Of a stretch of DNA of 64,000 bases, positions 22,301-36,144 are shown piece after piece. How positions within the stretch are numbered: the stretch's first letter is position 1; each line of letters begins with the position of its first letter. Source of the DNA: Escherichia coli (lineage in GTDB: Bacteria > Pseudomonadota > Gammaproteobacteria > Enterobacterales > Enterobacteriaceae); NCBI RefSeq assembly GCF_017348835.2, contig NZ_CP071375.1; one strand, 5' to 3'. A program made the position numbers and the translations under genes. The notes beneath the pieces were generated by a model. It was given only the letters and a program-made list of their open reading frames with translations. It ran no database searches and was not told where the DNA came from.

Positions 22301-24815
22301 TCTCTTCTCCTGTCTGCGTCACCGCCGCCCACGATGAGAGGCCGCTGCAGACCACATCACCGACCCAGACGGCACCGCGCGCCTGGTTGAGTTCCAGTGC
22401 CACTTCGCAGGTTTTATTGCCACTGTAGCGAAAATCGATAGTGGGGTATTTCTTATCCACGTCCATGACAAACTCGCCGTTTTCATCGGTTCGGGTTCGG
22501 CCGATATGGTTGTTAATCCGTGCGTTAGCCAGCAGTGTGCCGTCTTCCGCACGGATACGACCGGAGACGGTAACCATCTGCTTCACCTCTGGCTCAATGA
22601 CAGCGACATTGCCTGGATAGAGAGTCAGATGACTTTTGCGACCGCTGACGATATCGTAACTGTCGAGTGAGTTTTTGCTGTTCTGTAACTCCACCTCATA
22701 TCTTCCATAGGGAGAGAGCGGGAGATAGTTACGCTTGCCGTTAAGCGGGAAAATCCGCCCGTTGATTTTGGCGCTGATCTGACCGTCGTCCTCCAGCCCG
22801 GTGTTGAATATCACCCCAGCGTTGCCATCAGTCCGCCCGCTAGCAGCAATGTTTTTACCCTGCCAGCCGACGCTGCCATTGGCGGTCAAGTTGGTATTGA
22901 CGTAGCCGTCCGCCGCGCTATTGACGTTCAGCGTTCCGCTGGCGTAGCGAGCGTCGAACTGTGCATACGCCCCACCACTGAGAGTTTTGTCATCACCGGT
23001 ATCGCCGGAGATGGCTCGTGACAGATTGGCACCAACAGTGCGAATGGTCCCTTCATCAAACTGCTTGCGTGCTGACAGGTTTGCCATGGTGTAGCCGTTT
23101 TGATGAGTCATCCCTGCGCTAAACCAGTTGCCCAGTGGTAGCGAGAGATCGAGAGCGATATATTTCCCTGTATTGGCGTTGCTGTCGCCGTTGTTATAGC
23201 GCTGAATACCGGCCCGCAGGCCAAGCGAACCAAAGGGACCGCTGTAGACATTTTGATAGTAATCTGCCGTGTAATAATGGCTGTTGTAACGGCGGTCATC
23301 ATTGTAGCTGATGCTGAATGTGCCCAGCTTCGACCACAGTGAGTTCAGGTTGAGTGTGCCGCCGATTGCACGGTTGTCGGCATCGCTACGTCGCAATTGA
23401 TTGCCAATGCGGGTTTTTTCCTGGTTAACCCACAGCGAACTAAAGCCTCCCGGTAGAGTGGCGCTGATGCTGGCGATGTTGCTCCATGAGCTGTCACTGG
23501 CCAGCATATTTTGCAGGTTAACGTTGATCGCCCCCCCAAGCGGCAGCGTCAGACGGGTTTCACCCACCGCCTGATTATCGTATCCATATCCCGTTGCCGC
23601 CCAGCTAAGCGTACTCAGTGAGCCGGAGGTCGAAGCACCTGCTAGCCAACTCTCTTTAGCTGGTCGCGTCTTTTTCCCGTTTTCCGACCAGCGATCCATA
23701 TGAAAGCTACCGCCCCATACCTGCCACGCCAGTGGTGCACCGACGCCGCGCCCCCGGCTAAACAGCTTATTGACCCGCTGGGTACGTTTGCTGATCACGC
23801 GACCGTTAACGATCACCTCAACTTCCACATCGTAAATACCGTACGGTAGACCCCGGGTATCCACTTCATGATTGCCCATGGTGAAGTTCTGAACGCTTAG
23901 TAGCCGCCCATCACGGGTGAGATGTACTTCGCCCGCCGCCGGTAAAAAGGCGATCACTGGCGTGCCTGACTGGCTGCTGTCGAAGATGGTGGAGCTGGCC
24001 TGGTTTCCCCAGGAAAGGCCGTAAATCTTCCCTGCTGAAATGGCGGTCATCGGCCCTAACGACTGCAAGTTCCAGGTGTCGAGCATTCCACCGGCAAATC
24101 GGTGACCGGCAAAATCGCGCTCATACATCGCTTTATATAATTCACTGTCCTGTTGACCGCTACCGATCCCGTACAGCGAGCCGTCGAGCACCACATGATG
24201 TTCGCGCAGTGCAGTAACGTTATTCAGCGACAGATAGCTGGATGTGTTGCTCCCGCCGTTACGCAACTGGTTGTTATAGATGCCGAAGTTATAGCTCAGA
24301 TTACTGCTGAGGGTGTTAACACTGGACTGCCCGATGTCTTCGCTACGTGAGCGTAGTACAGTGCCCAGCGCTTCGCGCTTGACCACCAGCTGCAGCAGCA
24401 GTTGGCGCAAGCTGAGATCCAGCTGCGCGTTGTCAGTCAGGGGGATGGTAAGGGCCTCATTGAACGGGGCGTTTGCCAGAGCCATCAGCTGCTGTCGAGT
24501 TTGTTCGCTGACACTGGCGTTATCTTCACTCTCTTCCAGCTGTATTTTCCGGATGCGTAGCTGTCCATCATCCAGCCAGATAAAAGCGCTGCCGATTCGC
24601 TGATCGTCCTGGCGACCCTGACTACCGGCGAGATGAATATAGAGCGGGACGCTCATGCCGTCCTGAAGCGCCTGACTGAAGGCCTGCGGAATAATCACCC
24701 CACCTATTTGCTGCGCACTTATGTCAGCAGCGCTGGCATCGGGCTGAACGAACAAAAAGACCATGCCGAAGGCAAACTGGGCTTTCAGTCCTGGGGAGAA
24801 CCGTCGTAAAGGCAT
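22290..24815 (-). CDS. ecpC: E. coli common pilus outer membrane usher EcpC
   Basis: 841-aa ORF, usher-sized beta-barrel protein with signal peptide. Confidence 0.85.
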   Translation of the reverse strand: MPLRRFSPGLKAQFAFGMVFLFVQPDASAADISAQQIGGVIIPQAFSQALQDGMSVPLYIHLAGSQGRQDDQRIGSAFIWLDDGQLRIRKIQLEESEDNASVSEQTRQQLMALANAPFNEALTIPLTDNAQLDLSLRQLLLQLVVKREALGTVLRSRSEDIGQSSVNTLSSNLSYNFGIYNNQLRNGGSNTSSYLSLNNVTALREHHVVLDGSLYGIGSGQQDSELYKAMYERDFAGHRFAGGMLDTWNLQSLGPMTAISAGKIYGLSWGNQASSTIFDSSQSGTPVIAFLPAAGEVHLTRDGRLLSVQNFTMGNHEVDTRGLPYGIYDVEVEVIVNGRVISKRTQRVNKLFSRGRGVGAPLAWQVWGGSFHMDRWSENGKKTRPAKESWLAGASTSGSLSTLSWAATGYGYDNQAVGETRLTLPLGGAINVNLQNMLASDSSWSNIASISATLPGGFSSLWVNQEKTRIGNQLRRSDADNRAIGGTLNLNSLWSKLGTFSISYNDDRRYNSHYYTADYYQNVYSGPFGSLGLRAGIQRYNNGDSNANTGKYIALDLSLPLGNWFSAGMTHQNGYTMANLSARKQFDEGTIRTVGANLSRAISGDTGDDKTLSGGAYAQFDARYASGTLNVNSAADGYVNTNLTANGSVGWQGKNIAASGRTDGNAGVIFNTGLEDDGQISAKINGRIFPLNGKRNYLPLSPYGRYEVELQNSKNSLDSYDIVSGRKSHLTLYPGNVAVIEPEVKQMVTVSGRIRAEDGTLLANARINNHIGRTRTDENGEFVMDVDKKYPTIDFRYSGNKTCEVALELNQARGAVWVGDVVCSGLSSWAAVTQTGEENES

Positions 24816-24840
24816 TGTCGTTATCCATCTGCACAGCTAT

Positions 24841-25509
24841 CTATTTCACGGGAATGAACTTATCACCCTGCCAAAGTGCAACCCGTCCTTTGTTATCCGC
24901 CGTGTCCACGCGGGTAAAACGACGCGACTTGCCCGGCATCAGGTAGTAATTCTCTTTACACTCTTTACCATTGGCGGCTTTCAGGCAGGGGCCGTAGGCG
25001 AGGATCCGCAGCGTCGCATTTCCTGTATTTGTCAGGGAGCCGTTGGCGTATTGAAAGTGGTAGTTTGCCTGGCGGGGTGCGACGACCAGAATGGTGCCGA
25101 TGCGGGCGGAAGCAGTGGCCACAGCGCTGCGGTTGGCATTATCGCGCTGCGCATCACTGAGGGCCTGATCAAACCAGACAATGCGGTAGTAGCGCTCTTT
25201 TTCATCTGCGGGTCCCTTATAGAAGAAGCGGATCACTTCGCTGGCTTGGGCGGGTAGCAGCAAGCTGGCGGGAGTGAGTAGCAACTCATCCGGCTTGTCC
25301 ATTGCGATAACCTGCCCGTCGTCAAGCGGTGAAGAGAGCCGTTCGAGACGGATATTGATGAGGCGACCACTGTCGGTACTGTTTTTGATCGTTTTGCTCA
25401 GCGTGCTGCTGTCACTGTTCATAAACGATGATATATCGCCGACATCCAGCGCCTGGGCCGGAGATATTCCGGATAACAGCAGAGCGAGAAGCAGAAGGTG
25501 CTTTTTCAT
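24841..25509 (-). CDS. ecpB: E. coli common pilus periplasmic chaperone EcpB
   Basis: 222-aa ORF with signal peptide, operon position. Confidence 0.85.
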   Translation of the reverse strand: MKKHLLLLALLLSGISPAQALDVGDISSFMNSDSSTLSKTIKNSTDSGRLINIRLERLSSPLDDGQVIAMDKPDELLLTPASLLLPAQASEVIRFFYKGPADEKERYYRIVWFDQALSDAQRDNANRSAVATASARIGTILVVAPRQANYHFQYANGSLTNTGNATLRILAYGPCLKAANGKECKENYYLMPGKSRRFTRVDTADNKGRVALWQGDKFIPVK

Positions 25510-25566
25510 AACAATTCCGTCCAGGAATAAAGCAGGGGGGCTACCCCTGCTGGTACATCAGAGAGA

Positions 25567-26154
25567 TTAACTGGTCCAGGTCGCGTCGAACTGTACGCTA
25601 ACGTCGCCGCTCCAGATGCCTTCCGGTAGAGTGCTGTAATCGGTTACTGCGGTGGTACCATTGGTGGTGCCGCTGATGATGGAGAAGGTGAAACCATCCT
25701 GTGCGGTGGTACGATTGCTGGCATTGTAACCGTTAGCCAGCGGGCTAAGGTTGCCGCCCAGTACGCCGTTGGCGGTATCGATCATCACGGTATCACCAGT
25801 TTTTTCGACTGCCGCGCCGTTATAATCCACGCCCACATTCAGTGTGGAACCTGAGGTATCCAACTGGGTTAATGTGTTGGTGATAAGACGTGAGGTCAGT
25901 TTAAAGGCGGTAGCCGTTGAGTCACCCTCGATAGCCACGTCAAATAGACCTTTCTGTGAGTTAAAACCTTTAATGCCTTCGGCATACTGGAACGCCAGGC
26001 TACCGAGTGGCGTCACAACCAGCTTACTGGTGGTGTCTTTTTTGGCTGTTGCCGACCAGGTCGCTACCGCCTGAGCTGTTACGTCAGCAGCCTGCGCCAC
26101 ACCTATACCGGTAAACACCGTTACCAGAGCTATTGCCAGAACCTTTTTTTTCAT
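25567..26154 (-). CDS. ecpA: E. coli common pilus major pilin EcpA
   Basis: 195-aa ORF, signal peptide [22 protein letters not shown]. Confidence 0.88.
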   Translation of the reverse strand: MKKKVLAIALVTVFTGIGVAQAADVTAQAVATWSATAKKDTTSKLVVTPLGSLAFQYAEGIKGFNSQKGLFDVAIEGDSTATAFKLTSRLITNTLTQLDTSGSTLNVGVDYNGAAVEKTGDTVMIDTANGVLGGNLSPLANGYNASNRTTAQDGFTFSIISGTTNGTTAVTDYSTLPEGIWSGDVSVQFDATWTS

Positions 26155-26228
26155 TGCTTTTCTTCCCGAGTTGAATTGAGGACATGAAGTCCCGGTGAGT
26201 CATTTTTTAAAACTAACTTGCCTGGAGT

Positions 26229-26840
<612 letters not shown>

Positions 26841-27854
26841 TTACAGGTACATTCAGTTTCTTTAGTAAATCGGAAGTAAATAAGATACGTAGCACATATC
26901 AATATAGGTTAAACGAGATTAAGTTTTAATTATTTCGATTAGGTTTAAATTTATGTTTTTTTCCTGATGAGTGTCAATATGTGAACAGAAAATGAATTCC
27001 ATGGTTAAGTCAATATTTACAAAAAATGAAAATATTGCTTTTTTGATAAGAAGAAAAAGACATTCAGTTTCATAAGGTTATTGGCAATATAACGTTCAAT
27101 TCTTACTTGCATTTTATATTAGCCAGGAACTTTGCTCTGAGGTGTTAGGAATAGTCTTAATGTGTTGTGTAATGGACTAGTAAAAAAACAAGTCTAAATG
27201 ATAAGAAATAGAATATAAAACTATCATGAGTCATAATTAAAGATGATTTGCCAATCAGCAAGGTGTTTTAATGGATTAACATGCCGCACAAAATGGTTAT
27301 GGGTGTTCATCCTAATAAGTGATGAAAAATTAAACAGGTGTAAGTACGTCATCTGTCCGGTAAGCCCCCTAAGAGCCAAATTAAGTGAAGTTAAACGAAG
27401 ACTGCCAGTTGTCACAGGAACGATGGCCTCTTTGCCAGGGCACTGCATTCAGTCATCTGTGCGCGTTACTCTGACTGGCACTCGAACGTCGGCGATGGGG
27501 TTACCGGTGGATCAGGCCGTTCCTGTGGCGTAAACGTTTTTATGTCAGTACCAACAGATTTACCACATTTATCATCTTAACAGTTTGAGTGTAAATGCAG
27601 GCTGCGTCGCAAAGGGAGGAAACTGAGTGGCGTGTTCAGTCTAAAAGAGGGTTGATGCCAGCATACATGGCGAAGCTGGTCAACAAGTCAACATTAATAT
27701 AATGGAATATTCGGAGAGAAACGTCAGGCAGTTGACCTTAAATGAACAGGAAGATACATCCCCAGGAAAATTAATGCTGGTGTAATAAATACACCAACAT
27801 TAATCCGGTCTGATTATTAATCAGACAAATATCGTTAATTCGTCGAATTTTAAA

Positions 27855-27995
27855 TCAACGTTTTTTCTTACGACCCTGAACGGCCTTAAAACGTGGATTA
27901 GATTTACAAATCACATACAGCCGTCCTTTTCGCTTCACAATCTGACAGTCTGGATGGCGTTCTTTTGCGGTACGCAGAGAGTTAAGGACTTTCAT
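27855..27995 (-). CDS. rpmJ2: Ribosomal protein L36 paralog (zinc-independent)
   Basis: 46-aa ORF below the ORF-track size cut-off, hand-translated: [12 protein letters not shown]...QGRKKKR; start overlaps rpmE2 stop (ATGA). Confidence 0.8.
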   Translation of the reverse strand: MKVLNSLRTAKERHPDCQIVKRKGRLYVICKSNPRFKAVQGRKKKR

Positions 27996-28258
27996 CATGC
28001 CCCCTTTTTCGTGCTAACAAAACGACCAAAACGTTGGGTGAACCGTGCAACATTTCCTTCTGATGCCACTGTTCTCAGCTTCCCTGTATAGAACGGGTGC
28101 GATTTAGAAGAGACATCAATTGTCACGTATGGATACGTTACGCCATCCAGCTCAATCTCACGGTCTGTTTTGATAGTCGAGCCGATTTTAAAGTACTCAT
28201 CAACACTGGTGTCATGGAACACCACAGTACGATACTCAGGATGGATATTGGGTTTCAT
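27995..28258 (-). CDS. rpmE2: Ribosomal protein L31 paralog (zinc-independent)
   Basis: [36 protein letters not shown]...; start may be either of two adjacent Met codons (28258 or 28261). Confidence 0.85.
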
Positions 28259-28269
28259 CATTTTTACCT

Positions 28270-28287
28270 GTTATGTTATAACATAAC
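28270..28287. promoter_or_regulatory. Zur box: perfect 18-bp palindrome GTTATGTTATAACATAAC immediately upstream of rpmE2-rpmJ2
   Basis: Palindrome read directly; matches the known zinc-repressor operator type for the L31/L36 paralog operon. Confidence 0.6.
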
Positions 28288-28620
28288 TGTAAAGATACAT
28301 GCTCATCCGGATCATTTCAACACCCAATCCCTATGACCCTTTGTGGATGTGGAATTTCCGCAACGGGGAACTCTGGCATTGTTAACAGCCATTGGCGACG
28401 CTCCCATAAACGCCTGGATGAGTGATTGATGATAATTTCGCTGAGAGTATGGATTTTTCGAGAATGGAGGTTATCTCCACTTTACTGGCCGATGATTTAT
28501 CGCAGTATGATTGATTACCTGACAGCGTGTATTCCTCTCCCACGGATATAATAATTACTTACAAAAAGGGAGAGGATGCATATTTTAAATATCACTGAAG
28601 TGAACAGTTTATTGCCGTTA

Positions 28621-28722
28621 TTAATAGAAGTGGAGAAATAAATAGGCGTATTCTACAATTGCGACAAAAACAACGATATTAATCAGTTTATGACTGATTT
28701 GTTGTACTTTATTCTCTTTCAT
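28621..28722 (-). CDS. ykgR: Small membrane protein YkgR (33 aa)
   Basis: Hand-translated: MKENKVQQISHKLINIVVFVAIVEYAYLFLHFY, with GAGG Shine-Dalgarno 8 nt upstream; below ORF-track cut-off. Confidence 0.6.
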   Translation of the reverse strand: MKENKVQQISHKLINIVVFVAIVEYAYLFLHFY

Positions 28723-29195
28723 TGGTACTTCCTCGCTTTAAAAAAGAGCGCACTTCGTAAGTGCCCTTATATAAATAACGAGTTTGGTCAACCAATTTTT
28801 TGACATGTATCACAAATTTGAATAGATGTATTACATCGGCTATCTTTTATTGCACCAACGTCATTGATATATGTCGCCTGAAGTCAGTTCCGGGAATGAG
28901 TCTGATCTCAAGACTGGCCCAGTCCTGGCGTTGATTGGCGCTGAGGAGCATATCGCATCTCATCATAATGTCGTATCTCCTGGGGTGTTATACAAGATAT
29001 CGTTGTTGGTAACCTGGGCGAGGAATTGAGCTCTATTAAACCGTCAACTATGCCGGATACATACTGGATTACACTGCAGGCACGCCTTATGAGAGAACGT
29101 GCCGCAGTGACGGGTTAATTATCTGAAAGAATTTGTGAGGCTGTATCGGTTACTCATTGATTTGATAGTTTTACTCTCGGGAGAGTAATAGATAT

Positions 29196-30338
29196 TTAAT
29201 CCATTAACGGAAACCAGCCAGTTCCTTTCGATGCCTGAATTTGATCCCATAGTTTATCCGGAATGGTTAATTCAGGAACAAGTTGTGGATTAAGGGTTGT
29301 TTGAATTTCATGGCCTCTACCTGATTCAGCTAAAGTCACCCATTCTGGATTTATCACCAGCCCTTTACCGATCGCAACAAGTGGCAGGCCAGTGGAAATT
29401 GCTTCTTGTGCCTGAGACGGTGTGCGTATTTTACCTGCAGCGATTACCGGCACTCTGCCTGCAATATGATTTAAAATCAATTCAATAGTTCGGGGGCCAT
29501 TTGGCGACTCAACAGGGTAGCTATCGTTAATACTGACCAGCGAGGTATGTATATACGAAATACCGGATGAAATGAGCCGATCAAGGAGTTTATAAGTATC
29601 CTCTATCCGCAGCCCCCCTGTTGCAGATTCTTCAGGAGATATTCTGTAACCGATGGCAAAGGGCTTTGTCGCATATTCATAGACTACATTTTTTACTTCC
29701 TGTAATACGGCCAGCGGGAAGCGCATACGTCCTTCGAGATCTCCTCCCCATCGGTCATTACGCTGGTTAAATAGAGGGGAGAAGAAATTCTGTAGAAGGA
29801 ATCCGTGCGCACCATGAAGTTCAATGCCATCAAAACCTGCTTTAATCGCCCTTTTTGTGACATCTCCGAATGCTCTAATGGTTTCCTGAATTTCGTTTTC
29901 AGTCATTTCCCTGCTTTGTACCACTCTCTTCATAAAGTCACCAGATTTTACGCTTGATGCGCTGGCACTAATAACATCGTTATTTGGTACAAGCTCCGGG
30001 ATGGCTTTATTACCGGCGTGGAAAATCTGCAAAATAGCCGGAGCACCGCCACTTTTGGCTGCCGCTGCTAACTTTTCAAGGCTGTTAATGAAACGGTCGT
30101 CATACGCGGCAAATTCATGAGTAAACCCAATGCCGCTTGGCGTGACATAGGTACATCCTGTTATTACTAAACCAACATTTTGTGAGCGACGTTTATAAAA
30201 TTCGAGTTCTTGCTCAGAGATGGTTCCATCAGGATTCGCTGACCAGGTCGTCATAGGAGCCATAACGATACGATTACGTAGCTTTATTTTTTCTGTCAGC
30301 ATAAAAGGAGAAAACAATGATGGGTGTTTATTTGTCAT
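29196..30338 (-). CDS. Old-yellow-enzyme family NADH:flavin oxidoreductase
   Basis: 380-aa ORF, OYE-type TIM barrel sequence features (HGAHGFLL, RMRF). Confidence 0.75.
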   Translation of the reverse strand: MTNKHPSLFSPFMLTEKIKLRNRIVMAPMTTWSANPDGTISEQELEFYKRRSQNVGLVITGCTYVTPSGIGFTHEFAAYDDRFINSLEKLAAAAKSGGAPAILQIFHAGNKAIPELVPNNDVISASASSVKSGDFMKRVVQSREMTENEIQETIRAFGDVTKRAIKAGFDGIELHGAHGFLLQNFFSPLFNQRNDRWGGDLEGRMRFPLAVLQEVKNVVYEYATKPFAIGYRISPEESATGGLRIEDTYKLLDRLISSGISYIHTSLVSINDSYPVESPNGPRTIELILNHIAGRVPVIAAGKIRTPSQAQEAISTGLPLVAIGKGLVINPEWVTLAESGRGHEIQTTLNPQLVPELTIPDKLWDQIQASKGTGWFPLMD

Positions 30339-30582
30339 AACAATACCTCAAATGTTTATCTGATTTTGATGCGTATGTTTTAACTGGTTAGTTGTTGCCA
30401 GCTTTGGAATCAAGATTTCTGGCTTTATTTATAATCCCTTCAAAGGGTTTCTAATAATCTTAATAATTGAGTTGCTGCTTTTTTGTTTCTTTAATGAAAT
30501 TTCTTTTTGAGTAATTTTATTATTGTTGTGTAGTCAATAAAGGATAAATATAAGGGAGATAAGGAATCTCCCTGTAAAATTA

Positions 30583-31503
30583 TTACAAATGTGTTTTATA
30601 AAAAGGAATTAATTTATCGAGTGCCTGTTTCACAGGTTCTGGCTTATCATACAGGTCGTAATGTGAATAACCTTCAACCACGACCAGCTCTTTATGTTTT
30701 GAGGCAGCGCGGCCAATAATTTCGCAGCCGTCACGGTAGGCACCAAATGCGCCCACTCTATCGCCCACCACAACCATTATTGGTTGAGTTAACAGCACTT
30801 CTGCAAGATGAAATGCATCCCAACCCACGGCAACAGTCTGATGTGAGAATAGCGAACGATTTACCCCATTAGGTGCACAGCCTCGTGGCGAACGATAATA
30901 TTCTGTGGCTTCAAAAAGGTCTATTTCTGTTAATCCCGCTTCAAGAGCTGCATCCGGAGAAGAGGGGAGTAAATCATCTACGCGAAGTTTTGCGCCGTTA
31001 GCTTCGTCTGTTCTTTGTTGCGCCATTGCTTCGAGTGCTCCGATAGGATTAAACGCTGTAAATCCCTCACGCATAAGACGCCCGTAGTTTGCACCCGTGA
31101 CAGTACCAATAGCTTTAATTCGACGTTCTGTCATTGCGGCATTAATGGCATATCCACCTCCACCACAAATACCCAGTACACCAATACGCCCGGCATCAAC
31201 GTAAGGTAAGCTGGTAAGGTAATCAACGACAATGCTGAAGTCTTTTACTCGCATTGTTGGATCTTCCAGATAACGCGGTTCCCCACCGCTGCTTCCCTGA
31301 AAACTGGCATCAAAAGCAATGACGATAAAGCCAGCTTTTGCCAGGGCGGCACCATACACACTACCCGATGTCTGTTCTTTGCAGCTTCCAATTGGATGGG
31401 CGCTGATAATGGCAGGATACTTTTTTTCACTATTAAAATCGTCAGGGAAATAGATATCAGCAGCTATATCCCAGTAAGTGTGTTTTATCGAAACAGTTTT
31501 CAT
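30583..31503 (-). CDS. Alpha/beta hydrolase (dienelactone hydrolase-like)
   Basis: 306-aa ORF with nucleophile elbow (LGICGGG). Confidence 0.7.
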   Translation of the reverse strand: MKTVSIKHTYWDIAADIYFPDDFNSEKKYPAIISAHPIGSCKEQTSGSVYGAALAKAGFIVIAFDASFQGSSGGEPRYLEDPTMRVKDFSIVVDYLTSLPYVDAGRIGVLGICGGGGYAINAAMTERRIKAIGTVTGANYGRLMREGFTAFNPIGALEAMAQQRTDEANGAKLRVDDLLPSSPDAALEAGLTEIDLFEATEYYRSPRGCAPNGVNRSLFSHQTVAVGWDAFHLAEVLLTQPIMVVVGDRVGAFGAYRDGCEIIGRAASKHKELVVVEGYSHYDLYDKPEPVKQALDKLIPFYKTHL

Positions 31504-31659
31504 TTCAAGCTCCGGGGATTTGCCTAAACAGATTTAAATATCATTTCTATTATCCGCAACTGGCATTCGTGTTCATATCGAGAACGGCGTAATAGTATGA
31601 CTTGTATTGGTTATCATCAATGGTCTAATATCTATCACAGTGTTAAGTTAAGGTTTACA

Positions 31660-32586
31660 ATGATGAAAATAGAGCCTTCAATTTTGCCTTCTCTTGCCTG
31701 GTTTGCGCTTATTGTTCGTGCCGGCAGTTTTTCCAGAGCCGCTTCTGAAATGGGTATTACGCGGGCCGCATTGTCCCAGAATTTAAAATCTCTTGAGGAA
31801 CGTCTTAACACCAAGCTGATATACCGTACGACCCGCAATATGTCGCTTACTGAGGAAGGACAGCGTCTGTATGAAGTGCTGGTGTCGGCTTTGGGGCAAA
31901 TTGATGATGCTTTGAAAGATGTTGGTGATACCCAACTTGAACCTACAGGCCTGTTGAGAATAAATTCCTCCCGTGTTGCAGCACGGATGCTTGTTGAGCC
32001 TCATATTGGCGAGTTTCTTACTCGTTACCCCAAAACAAAGATAGAACTCATTATGGATGACGGTTTATCTAACATTATTGCGGACGGCTGTGATGTGGGC
32101 ATACGTCTTGAGCAAGGACTGGATGAGCATATGACTGCCGTTCCTGTTTCTCCGCTTATTAAACTGGTTACTGTGGCATCGCCAGATTATTTAAAAGAAC
32201 ACGGTATTCCTGAAACGCCTCAGGAACTGAGTAACCATAATTGCCTTCGGTTGCGGCATAAAAGTAGCGGTGCACTCTCTGCATGGGAGTTTTCTAATGT
32301 TGTGGGGGGTAATGAAGAGTTCGAAATAGAGGTTTCAGGTAAGTATATTTCTAATGATGACGAAAGCATGATACGAATGGCGCTGAATGGAACGGGTATC
32401 ATTCAACATCTGGATTTTGCAATCGCTGAACATATCAATGCGGGCAAGTTACAGCCGATTCTTGAGGATTGGGCTGTTTCATTTCCTGGATTTTATATTT
32501 ATGTTTCATCACGGGTGAGAATGCCCTCTAAAGTTCGTGCTTTTATTGATTTTATGGTGGAGAAAAGAGTAAAACTCGAAAATTGA
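31660..32586 (+). CDS. LysR-family transcriptional regulator
   Basis: N-terminal HTH (FALIVRAGSFSRAASEMGITRAALSQNLKSLEERL); divergent from the hydrolase gene. Confidence 0.8.
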   Translation: MMKIEPSILPSLAWFALIVRAGSFSRAASEMGITRAALSQNLKSLEERLNTKLIYRTTRNMSLTEEGQRLYEVLVSALGQIDDALKDVGDTQLEPTGLLRINSSRVAARMLVEPHIGEFLTRYPKTKIELIMDDGLSNIIADGCDVGIRLEQGLDEHMTAVPVSPLIKLVTVASPDYLKEHGIPETPQELSNHNCLRLRHKSSGALSAWEFSNVVGGNEEFEIEVSGKYISNDDESMIRMALNGTGIIQHLDFAIAEHINAGKLQPILEDWAVSFPGFYIYVSSRVRMPSKVRAFIDFMVEKRVKLEN

Positions 32587-32726
32587 TGATATGTGTCAGA
32601 ATATCGGTAAGAAGAATGGCACAATCGTGAGGATACGTTTATTCATAATAAATCTCCTGAAAGTTTAGAATTATTTTCGATACAGCCAGATTATCATTGT
32701 TACTAATAATGTGGCTAAAATAATAG

Positions 32727-35594
<2,868 letters not shown>

Positions 35595-36144
35595 TTATCG
35601 TTCATGAGAAGCATAACGTAAAGAGAAGAGCTCGATTAGACGGCAGGATTTGTCAGGGGTTATGAACGAAATTCATAAATCTGTTTGAGTGTTGCGATGA
35701 GTAGTACAAGTTCGATATCCCCGCAATTTACAGTCCGATAAAGGAAAATGAATATCCATAAAAAATATATCGGTTTATCCTGGCGTATATACCTACTTCG
35801 ACGTATTTCCAATAGTTGTTAATTAAAGGCAGGCCATTATTATTCACTCTGAATAATGAATTATTCACTGTCCGCAGAGTAAAAAATATAACTTAGGTAT
35901 CTATTTAATGACTTGCACAAAAAGCTAAATTTTCACCCATAAATAAAAATATAATCCCGCGCCCAACCACCTGATGAGTGGCTACAGACACTGGATATAT
36001 TAGGTGGCGGTGCACTTTCTTACATAAAGGTATTTCCTTTTCTGCGGAAAAGGAAATCGGGAAATCCCCGGTTTTTCTGACAAGCAGACTCCATTATTTG
36101 TGTCTGCCTATGTTCGTTAATTCGTTCATCAGGAAATTATCTCA

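Noticed and set aside
27224..27533. Overlapping small ORFs in the long AT-rich region upstream of ecpR (possible ykgL-like gene)
   Set aside because: No motif, ribosome-binding site or conservation evidence; the region is better explained as the extended regulatory region of the ecp operon.
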